A DNA stretch of 31,671 bases from Clostridia bacterium (GTDB lineage Bacteria > Bacillota > Clostridia > Saccharofermentanales > UBA5734): NCBI GenBank assembly GCA_017997315.1, contig JAGOFF010000001.1:1-31671 (forward strand), given 5' to 3'. The translations under genes were made by a program, and so were the position numbers. The notes below the pieces were generated by a model, which saw only the letters and a list, made by a program, of their open reading frames with translations, was not told the origin of the DNA and did no database searches. Positions 24,592 through 31,671 of the stretch are shown piece after piece (the stretch's first letter is position 1; each line of letters begins with the position of its first letter).

Positions 24592-25623
24592 ATGGCAAAT
24601 CCAAACGGAACCCTGCTGGATATCGATTCACTTGACGTTTCATTCTTCACCCCGACCGGGGAAGTGCGTGCGGTCAACCGTCTGTCGCTTTCCCTCGACA
24701 ACGGGGAGGTCCTCGGGATTGTCGGCGAGTCCGGAAGCGGAAAGAGCGTCTCGGCCTACTCGGTGATGCGGCTCATCCCGGATCCCGGCCGGATCAAGAA
24801 CGGTACGATCGAATTCGACGGCCGGCCGATCCAGGAACTGACTGAAGACGATATGCGGAAGATCCGGGGCAACGAGATCAGCATCATCTTCCAGGATCCC
24901 ATGACGTCGCTCAATCCGGTGTTCACCATCGGAAACCAGATCATGGAGGTCATCCTGCTCCATACCGGCGCGGACAAAAAGGCGGCGCGGAAACGGGCGA
25001 TCGAACTGCTGGAGCTGGTCGGCATGAACGAACCGGAACGCCGACTCAGGCAGTATCCCCACGAATTCTCCGGCGGCATGCGCCAGCGTGTCATGATCGC
25101 CATGGCGCTCGCATGCGAGCCGAAACTGCTGATCGCGGATGAACCGACCACCGCGCTCGACGTCACCATCCAGGCGCAGATCCTGGAACTTATGAACGAA
25201 CTCAAGCAAAAACTCGGTATGTCGATCATCCTGATTACGCACGACCTCGGCGTGGTCGCGGACATGTGCCAGAACATTCTTGTCATGTATGCGGGCATGG
25301 TGGTCGAAAAAGGGACGGTGGACGAGATTTTTTACGAACCGAACCATCCGTACACGCTCGGACTTCTTGCCTCGATCCCGAAGCTCAATGTCGAGGAGCA
25401 TGAGAGGCTGGTACCGATCGAAGGCTCCCCGGTCGATTCGATGAATCTGCCGGCCGGCTGTCCTTTCGCACCCCGCTGCAAGTCCTGCATGAAGATCTGC
25501 CTGACCCGCATGCCGGAGTACACCGAATTGTCAGACTCCCATGTCAGCGCATGCTGGCTGAACACCGCACGTGCCGCGGAAGGCATCGACGGAAACGGCT
25601 CCGGCGCCGGGGAGGTGCTGTGA
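24592..25623 (+). CDS. oppD: Oligopeptide ABC transporter ATP-binding protein
   Basis: Walker A GESGSGKS, FQDPMTSLNP, YPHEFSGGMRQR, ADEPTTALD, HPYT and the C-terminal Cys motif GCPFAPRC...C...C. Confidence 0.95.
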   Translation: MANPNGTLLDIDSLDVSFFTPTGEVRAVNRLSLSLDNGEVLGIVGESGSGKSVSAYSVMRLIPDPGRIKNGTIEFDGRPIQELTEDDMRKIRGNEISIIFQDPMTSLNPVFTIGNQIMEVILLHTGADKKAARKRAIELLELVGMNEPERRLRQYPHEFSGGMRQRVMIAMALACEPKLLIADEPTTALDVTIQAQILELMNELKQKLGMSIILITHDLGVVADMCQNILVMYAGMVVEKGTVDEIFYEPNHPYTLGLLASIPKLNVEEHERLVPIEGSPVDSMNLPAGCPFAPRCKSCMKICLTRMPEYTELSDSHVSACWLNTARAAEGIDGNGSGAGEVL

Positions 25624-26594
25624 TGGGCACGCCGCTGCTGGAGGTCCAGGGACTCAAACAGTATTTCAAGGTGCAGGGGCGTCTCTTCACCCCGGCATAT
25701 GTAAAAGCCGTTGACGGGATCAACATGGAGGTCGGCCGCGGGGAGACCATGGGACTGGTCGGCGAGAGCGGCTGCGGCAAGACGACTGTGGGCCGCACGA
25801 TCCTCCGGCTGTACGAACCCACGGCGGGACGGATCGTGTTTGACGGGACGGACATCACGCACGTCGACATGCACCCCTACCGGCGGCGCATGCAGATCGT
25901 GTTCCAGGATCCGTACGCCTCGCTCAATCCGCGCATGACGGTCGGGGACATCGTGGCGGAAGCGATCGATATCCAGAAACTCGCGTCGTCCCGCCAAGAC
26001 CGCAAGGACCGCATCCACGCACTGCTGGAACGGGTCGGGCTCAACAGCGAGCATGCCACGCGCTACCCGCACGAGTTCTCCGGCGGACAGCGCCAGCGAA
26101 TCGGAATCGCGCGCGCCCTGGCGGTGAATCCGGAGTTCATGGTTTGCGACGAACCGGTTTCCGCGCTTGACGTCTCGATCCAGGCGCAGATCGTCAACAT
26201 GTTCGAGGAACTCCAGGCCGAGACCGGCCTGTCCTACCTGTTCATCGCGCATGATCTGTCGGTGGTCCGGCACATCTCCCATCGGATCGGCGTCATGTAT
26301 CTCGGAAAGATGGTCGAACTCGCGTCCTCGGACGACCTTCACTACCGTCCGATCCACCCGTACACCCAATCCCTGCTGTCTGCGATCCCTGTGCCGGATC
26401 CGCGTTCCAGCCGCACCAGAAAGCGCATCATCCTGCAGGGCGACGTGCCCAGTCCGCTCAACCCGCCTTCGGGGTGCAACTTCCGGACGCGCTGCCCGTA
26501 CGCCATGCCGATCTGCGCGGAGCGCGAACCGGAGTTCAAGGACTACGGAGGGAAGCACTTCGCGGCCTGCCATCTGCTGGACAAGAAGGAGTGA
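25623..26594 (+). CDS. oppF: Oligopeptide ABC transporter ATP-binding protein
   Basis: Motifs GESGCGKT, FQDPYASLNPR, RYPHEFSGGQRQR, DEPVSALD, HPYT and GCNFRTRC...C...ACH. The start overlaps the oppD stop (TGATG). Confidence 0.95.
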   Translation: MGTPLLEVQGLKQYFKVQGRLFTPAYVKAVDGINMEVGRGETMGLVGESGCGKTTVGRTILRLYEPTAGRIVFDGTDITHVDMHPYRRRMQIVFQDPYASLNPRMTVGDIVAEAIDIQKLASSRQDRKDRIHALLERVGLNSEHATRYPHEFSGGQRQRIGIARALAVNPEFMVCDEPVSALDVSIQAQIVNMFEELQAETGLSYLFIAHDLSVVRHISHRIGVMYLGKMVELASSDDLHYRPIHPYTQSLLSAIPVPDPRSSRTRKRIILQGDVPSPLNPPSGCNFRTRCPYAMPICAEREPEFKDYGGKHFAACHLLDKKE

Positions 26595-26703
26595 CAAGGC
26601 TTTGTCCCGCCGTCCGGAACCGGTATCGGGAGCAACCGGGACCACCAGCGGGTTTGGAGCATAGAGGAGAAGATCCGTCGAATAAACAAGGAGGAAGACA
26701 CGC

Positions 26704-28332
26704 ATGCGAAAATTCCGTTTACTCAGTCTGGTCCTTGCCCTGCTGATGTGCGTTTCCGTGCTGGCGGCCTGCAACCAGAGCTCGCCGGTCAAGGAACTCA
26801 GCGTCTGCGTCGGCCCGGAACCGGACAGCATCGACCCGGCCTACAACGAGGCGGTTGATGGCGCAACCATGCTGATCCACGCATTTGCGGGTATCTGCAA
26901 ACTCGACAAGGACGGCATGCCGCAGCCCGACATGGCCAAAGAGATCAAGATCAGCGAAGACGGCCTGACCTACACCATCACCCTGCGTGACGGTCTCAAA
27001 TGGTCGGACGGCAAGGATCTGGTCGCCGAGGACTTCATCTATGCCTGGAAGCGCGCGATCGATCCCAAGAACGCGACCTCCTACGGCTACATGCTGGAGA
27101 ACATCACCGGCGTCGCGGAGTGCTATTACGCGGATATCGAGAAGGATACGTATGACGTGGACGCCATCGGCGCCAAAGCGATCGACGCCAAGACCATCGA
27201 GATCACGCTGACCGCTCCTGCCAACTACTTCATGGAGATTCTGGCGTTCCCGACCCTGTTCCCGGTCCGCAAGGATATCGTGGAGGGCAACGAAGCCTGG
27301 GCGACCGACCCGGCGACGTACATCTCCAACGGCCCGTACCGCATGAAGAGCTGGACGCACGACTCCGAGATCGTGATGGAGAAGAACCCGAACTACTACG
27401 ACACGGCAAAGATCGGTCCCGAGACGATCAAGTTCGTGCTGATGGATGACGACAACGCGATCCTGTCCGCTTTCCAGAACGGCACGATCCTGCTGGCGGA
27501 CTCCGTCCCGAACGACACGATCGATTCCCTGCGCGGCACGCCCGAGTTCAACCTCGCGGGCCAGCTCGGCACATACTTTGTCTGCTTCAACACGCAGAAG
27601 GCTCCGTTTGACGATGTGCGTGTCCGCAAGGCGCTCTCCCTTGCCATCGACCGCAACTTCATCTGCGAGCAGATCGGCAAAGCCGGCCAGGTTCCCGCGT
27701 CGGCGTATGTCGCGACCGGCCTCGGCGACAGCGACCCGGCCAAGGAATTCCGCGATGTCGGCGGTGCCTACTACTCCGTCGCCAAGGAAGACTACAAGAA
27801 GAACTGCGACGAAGCGCGCGCGCTGCTGGCTGAAGCCGGCTTCAAAGACGGCAAGGGCTTCCCGAAGTTCGAATACCTGCTCAACACCAGCACGGGCCAC
27901 AAACTGATCGCGGAAGCGCTCCAGAACATGTGGAAGACCGAACTGGGCATCGACTGCACCCTCGCGGAGCAGGAGTGGGGCGTATTCCTCAACACCCGTC
28001 AGAACGGGGAGTATGAAGTCGCCCGTCACGGCTGGCTCGCGGACTACAACGATCCCATCAGCTTCCTCGACATGTGGGTGACCGGCGGCGGCAACAACGA
28101 CGCCAAGTGGTCGAATGCCGAGTACGACGCGCTCATCGCCGGTGTCAAGACCGGTTCCGACCGCGCCAAGAGGTATACCGACATGCATGCGGCGGAAGAC
28201 ATCCTCATGGAAGAGATGCCGATCGCTCCGATCTACTACTATGTCGACATCTTCATGAAGAGCGCGAAGCTCGACGGCTTCTACTCCTCACCGCTCGGAT
28301 ACAAGTACTTCATGTACTGCACCGTGAAATAA
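26704..28332 (+). CDS. oppA: Oligopeptide ABC transporter substrate-binding lipoprotein
   Basis: Lipobox LAAC; family-5 motifs SEDGLTYT.TLR...KWSDG, AEDF.YAWKR, SNGPY, FDD.RVRKALSLAIDR and GWLADYNDP.SFL. RBS AGGAGG. Confidence 0.95.
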   Translation: MRKFRLLSLVLALLMCVSVLAACNQSSPVKELSVCVGPEPDSIDPAYNEAVDGATMLIHAFAGICKLDKDGMPQPDMAKEIKISEDGLTYTITLRDGLKWSDGKDLVAEDFIYAWKRAIDPKNATSYGYMLENITGVAECYYADIEKDTYDVDAIGAKAIDAKTIEITLTAPANYFMEILAFPTLFPVRKDIVEGNEAWATDPATYISNGPYRMKSWTHDSEIVMEKNPNYYDTAKIGPETIKFVLMDDDNAILSAFQNGTILLADSVPNDTIDSLRGTPEFNLAGQLGTYFVCFNTQKAPFDDVRVRKALSLAIDRNFICEQIGKAGQVPASAYVATGLGDSDPAKEFRDVGGAYYSVAKEDYKKNCDEARALLAEAGFKDGKGFPKFEYLLNTSTGHKLIAEALQNMWKTELGIDCTLAEQEWGVFLNTRQNGEYEVARHGWLADYNDPISFLDMWVTGGGNNDAKWSNAEYDALIAGVKTGSDRAKRYTDMHAAEDILMEEMPIAPIYYYVDIFMKSAKLDGFYSSPLGYKYFMYCTVK

Positions 28333-28375
28333 GTCTGACGCCAGACTTGCCGGTGTCCCGGTTCCGATGACGGAT

Positions 28376-28409
28376 GTCCCTCCCGCCTTTTGGCGGGAGG
28401 GACTTTTTT
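28376..28409 (+). terminator. Intrinsic terminator of the opp operon
   Basis: GTCCCTCCCGCC-TTTT-GGCGGGAGGGAC (12 perfect bp) followed by TTTTTT. Confidence 0.9.
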
Positions 28410-28538
28410 ATTCGGATTCACGCCGTCGGATTGGCGGGAGGGACTTTTTTATTCGGATTCACGCCGTCGGATTGGCGGGAGGGACTTTTTTATTCGGATT
28501 CACGCCGTCGGATTGGCGGGAGGGACTTTTTTTTCGGG
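28390..28538 (+). repeat. 41-bp exact tandem repeat, 3 full copies plus a partial fourth
   Basis: Unit TTGGCGGGAGGGACTTTTTTATTCGGATTCACGCCGTCGGA starts at 28390, 28431 and 28472. A partial copy starts at 28513 (T8 in place of T6-A-TT). Confidence 0.95.
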
Positions 28539-28553
28539 TTGTCGCGGAGGGAT

Positions 28554-28562
28554 TGGTATAAT
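28554..28562 (+). promoter_or_regulatory. Extended -10 promoter element of the adenine deaminase gene
   Basis: TGgTATAAT is a perfect TGn-TATAAT, 27 nt before the ATG. There is no consensus -35; that position abuts the last repeat copy. Confidence 0.7.
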
Positions 28563-28589
28563 CGTATCAACCGAGAGGGGGGTATACCC

Positions 28590-30389
28590 ATGCAGGAATC
28601 TTTCTGGAAACATCCCCATCGTCTTGTGACACGCCGCTTGAGTGCGGTGGCCCAAGGACTGGAGCCTGCTGATCTCGTCATCCGCAAGGGGAGACTGGTC
28701 AATGTGTGCACCGGCGAGATCCAGGACGGCATCGACCTGGTCGTCGCGGACGGCCGGATCGCCCGGGTTGGCGACGCGGCCGGATGCGTCGGCCCGGACA
28801 CCCGGGTGATCGAGGCGCGCGGCCGTCTGATGACCCCCGGACTGCTCGACGGGCACGTCCATGTCGAGTCCTCGATGCTGACGGTGTCGAGATATGCGGA
28901 GGCAGTCATCCCCCACGGGACATCCGGGATCTTCATGGATCCCCACGAGATCGCCAATGTGCTCGGTATGGACGGAGTCCGCTGGATGGCGGATGAAGCC
29001 GCCGGAACCCCGCTCAAGGCTTTCCTGACGATCCCGTCCTGCGTGCCGGCGATGGAAGGCTTCGAGGACGCGGGGGCATCGCTGCCGCCGCAGGCGGTAG
29101 CGGAAGCGCTGCGGTGGCCGTCGAGTGTCGGGCTTGGCGAGATGATGGATTTTCCCGGCATCCTCGCCGGCGACGACAGGGCGCATGCCATGCAGTCAGC
29201 GGTACTGTCGGCGGGGGGCATCCCGACCGGGCATTTCCCTGTATCGGACGCGCCGGATGCGCTCAACGCCTATATCGCGGCCGGTGCGCGCTGCTGCCAT
29301 GAATCCGTGCGGGCGGAGGACGCGCTGCAGAAAATGCGGCTGGGCATGTACGCGATGCTTCGCGAGGGGTCCGCTTGGCATGATCTGGTGGAAGTGGCTC
29401 AGGCCCTCACGCGCCATACGGTCGACAGCCGGTTCGCCATGCTGGTTTCGGACGATGCGCACCCCCATACCCTCACCCGGGACGGGCATATGGACCATAT
29501 CCTGCGGCGTGCGGTTCAGGAGGGGATCGATCCGGTCACCGCTCTTCAGATGGCGACCATCAACTGTGCGCAATGTTTCCGACTGGATCACGAGATCGGT
29601 TCGCTGACTCCCGGAAAATGCGCGGATATCGTTCTGACGGACGATCTCGCGGAGTTTGAGGCTTCTCTCGTCGTACTGGACGGCGCGGTCGTCGCGGAGG
29701 ACGGGCGGATGCTTGCCGGGATGGACCGATACGCGTATCCGGCACGCGCGAACGAAACGATGCGGCTGGCCCGGCTCCCCATCCCGGCGGATTTCCGGAT
29801 TCCATCCTCCGCAAGGGACGGGAGGGTGCCCGCCCGCGTGATACGGGTCCATGCCGGCAAGGTCGGTACCGACAACGTGCGCATGGAGGTGCCCGCAAGT
29901 CCGGACGGACTGCAGGCCGACCCAGGGAGGGACATCCTGAAGGCGGCGGTCCTCGAGCGACATCACGCCACCGGTACCATCGGGCGGGGATTCGTTTCCG
30001 GCTTCGGGATCCGCCGGGGCGCGATGGCTTCCACCGTCGCGCACGACGCGCACAACCTCATGGTCGTCGGGACGTATGATTCGGATATGGCGATGGCAGC
30101 CGCGCTGCTGTGCCGGACCGGCGGCGGGTTGGCTGTTGTGGCCGACGGGGAGATCCTTGGATTGGTCGAACTCCCGATCGCGGGGCTGATGGGGGATCTT
30201 GACGCCCATGCGATGGCGGATCGTGTATCCAGGCTCGAGGAAGCCTGGAAGTCGATCGGATGCACCATGCCGTCCCCGTTCATGACCATGGCGCTGCTGT
30301 CCCTGTCATGCCTGCCCGAACTGCGGCTGACCAATCGCGGGCTGGTGGATACGGTGCGGTTCCGGTTCGCCGGACTGGAGGACGGCTGA
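28590..30389 (+). CDS. ade: Adenine deaminase (AdeC, amidohydrolase family)
   Basis: Motifs PGLLDGHVHVESSM, DPHEIANVLG, GLGEMMDFPG, CHE, LREGSAW, VSDD, AVLERH, STVAHDAHN and LPELRLTNRGL. Start moved to MQESFW after GAGAGGGGGG. Confidence 0.95.
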   Translation: MQESFWKHPHRLVTRRLSAVAQGLEPADLVIRKGRLVNVCTGEIQDGIDLVVADGRIARVGDAAGCVGPDTRVIEARGRLMTPGLLDGHVHVESSMLTVSRYAEAVIPHGTSGIFMDPHEIANVLGMDGVRWMADEAAGTPLKAFLTIPSCVPAMEGFEDAGASLPPQAVAEALRWPSSVGLGEMMDFPGILAGDDRAHAMQSAVLSAGGIPTGHFPVSDAPDALNAYIAAGARCCHESVRAEDALQKMRLGMYAMLREGSAWHDLVEVAQALTRHTVDSRFAMLVSDDAHPHTLTRDGHMDHILRRAVQEGIDPVTALQMATINCAQCFRLDHEIGSLTPGKCADIVLTDDLAEFEASLVVLDGAVVAEDGRMLAGMDRYAYPARANETMRLARLPIPADFRIPSSARDGRVPARVIRVHAGKVGTDNVRMEVPASPDGLQADPGRDILKAAVLERHHATGTIGRGFVSGFGIRRGAMASTVAHDAHNLMVVGTYDSDMAMAAALLCRTGGGLAVVADGEILGLVELPIAGLMGDLDAHAMADRVSRLEEAWKSIGCTMPSPFMTMALLSLSCLPELRLTNRGLVDTVRFRFAGLEDG

Positions 30390-30406
30390 ACCTGTCCGCC
30401 CGCCCT

Positions 30407-31138
30407 TTATAAATCAGGCGGATCGGAAGGATGCCCGGCGGTGCCGTTCGCGACTCCGCGCGCGCGCAGATACCGGCGCAGGGCGAAGGCCAGGCCGATG
30501 GACAACAGGTAGGCGCCGGCCGACAGCAGAAACATCGGGGACAACGGATCGAATACGGACTTGCCGATCAGGGTGGTCGCGATCGCTTTGGGCAACATCC
30601 CGAGCAGGGAAGCCGGCAGATAGACCAGCAGCGAGTTTCCCGACGCACCCAGTACCAGGCTGGTGATCCCGTTGTGGAATCCCGGCAGCATCCGCATGAT
30701 GAAGATCACGAACGGATCGCTGCCCTGCATCGTGGCCAGGATGCGGTCCAGCATCGGTTTTCGGCCCTGCAGTTTGCGCAGCAGGTTCCGCATCCGTTTC
30801 CGGCCGATCAGGTACCCCATGGCGAAGCCGATATACAACTCGATCAGCAGACCGATAAAGACGAGGAACAGAGCCTCCTCCAGCGGGAAGAACACGCCGG
30901 CCGCAATATACAGGAACGTCGACTCGACCACGACGACCGTCAGGGACTTCAGGACGAAAAAACCGATCAGGATCAAGGCCATCGTCAGCCGGTTGTCCTG
31001 ATGGGAGAGGATGACGGAAGGATCGGCATACCGGATCAGGAAGAAGCACATGCCCGCGAAAAGGAGCACCGACAAAGCGGTGAGGGCGACCTTGAGGGTC
31101 GGAAACCTGCCGGTTGTCCCACCGGGGCCTGTACGCAT
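30407..31138 (-). CDS. TVP38/TMEM64 (VTT/DedA, SNARE-associated) family membrane protein
   Basis: Hydrophobic protein with LYIAAGVFFP, G..IGR, FIMRMLPG and Y..ASLLGMLP motifs. The start position is uncertain. Confidence 0.8.
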   Translation of the reverse strand: MRTGPGGTTGRFPTLKVALTALSVLLFAGMCFFLIRYADPSVILSHQDNRLTMALILIGFFVLKSLTVVVVESTFLYIAAGVFFPLEEALFLVFIGLLIELYIGFAMGYLIGRKRMRNLLRKLQGRKPMLDRILATMQGSDPFVIFIMRMLPGFHNGITSLVLGASGNSLLVYLPASLLGMLPKAIATTLIGKSVFDPLSPMFLLSAGAYLLSIGLAFALRRYLRARGVANGTAGHPSDPPDL

Positions 31139-31267
31139 CCTGCCGCGCCACCTCCGCCGATCCGCTCTTTGATTCAGTATAATCGATTCGGCAAACAATC
31201 ACGAGCGAATATGAAAGGACCGGACCGCAGAACGGTCCGGTCCCCGTCGGGAATCCCGTTTTGACCG

Positions 31268-31671
31268 TCAGTACCGGCCGTACTCCTGGATGGCCGCCAT
31301 GACGACGCGCATGCTGCTCAGCAAACTGCCGTCGTTGATGGATCCCGCGGTGCTGATGTTGAGCCCGCGCGTTCCGGTCGCCCGGATCCGGTCGCAGTCC
31401 CTGCGGACCTCGGCGATCAGATTGTCCTCCTCGTTGCGCATGAAGGTGAACGGGGCGATGCAGCCGTCGATCCGCGCTCTCGGCATATAGCGGCGGATCT
31501 CGTCCGCCATGACCGTCGGACCGAAGTTGACCCCGTTGAAGTCCAGCCGGCCCAGGATGGGAAGCAGGTGCCCCATCGCGGAGTCCGAATGCTGATACCG
31601 TTTGTCGTCCGGGTCGGGGGAGAACCGCTCGAAGACGTTCTTCAGCACAGGATAGCCGAACATCTCATACA
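31268..31671 (-). CDS. Uroporphyrinogen decarboxylase / MtaA-like family protein, C-terminal part (5' end outside the window)
   Basis: The frame stays open to the window edge. The segment HSDSAMGHLL..L..L...VNFG...IRRYMP...IDGCIAP...V..D...GLNISTAGSI..GS...M.AI..YG fits the C-terminal strands and helices of the URO-D TIM barrel. Confidence 0.6.
   Translation of the reverse strand, partial: YEMFGYPVLKNVFERFSPDPDDKRYQHSDSAMGHLLPILGRLDFNGVNFGPTVMADEIRRYMPRARIDGCIAPFTFMRNEEDNLIAEVRRDCDRIRATGTRGLNISTAGSINDGSLLSSMRVVMAAIQEYGRY

Noticed and set aside
28390-28538. Possible mini-CRISPR array (20-nt repeat plus 21-nt spacer)
   Set aside because: The would-be spacers are identical to each other, no cas genes are present, and the repeat is simply the terminator arm. 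This is a tandem duplication.
28374-28589. 72-codon N-terminal extension of adenine deaminase
   Set aside because: It is just the stop-free repeat read in frame. A good RBS and extended -10 promoter sit directly before ATG 28590.
28540-28589. Purine riboswitch upstream of ade
   Set aside because: A TCGTAT is present, but the rest of the purine aptamer (GTTTCTAC, CCGTAAA) is not, and the leader is too short.
1-31671. Apparent excess of CCGG and GGATCC/GATC words
   Set aside because: This is an impression only and may reflect GC content and codon choice. It would need a Markov-corrected k-mer count, which I cannot run.

Overview
GC-rich window, most likely from a Clostridia-like Bacillota genome (inferred from SigA-type promoters, strong GGAGG ribosome-binding sites, split gcvPA/gcvPB and a DUF4342 gene). 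It is mostly core and metabolic chromosome, and I see no integrase, transposase or CRISPR array. Left to right: a partial OmpR-family regulator; a DUF4342 protein; a type-B carboxylesterase; a LUD-domain protein; a TauE exporter; an unannotatable three-gene secreted/surface cluster; tRNA-Ala(GGC) with promoter and terminator; an XRE-HTH/TPR-like regulator; thioredoxin; a CoADR-rhodanese-TusA-DsrE fusion; a degenerate orphan OmpR regulator; gcvT-H-PA-PB under a tandem glycine riboswitch; an AraC regulator divergent from a GH67 alpha-glucuronidase and two sugar ABC permeases (no binding protein); mscL; oppBCDFA; a 41-bp tandem repeat grown out of the oppA terminator; adenine deaminase; a TVP38/DedA protein; and a partial URO-D-family gene. 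The best candidate for an undescribed system is the tightly linked cluster at 4398-6252: a membrane-anchored protein plus two paralogous secreted beta-rich subunits, possibly a sortase-independent surface fibre. Next are a 17-codon cistron coupled at both ends where a sugar-binding-protein gene might be expected, and the terminator-derived repeat. Family names come from my motif recognition, not from database searches.
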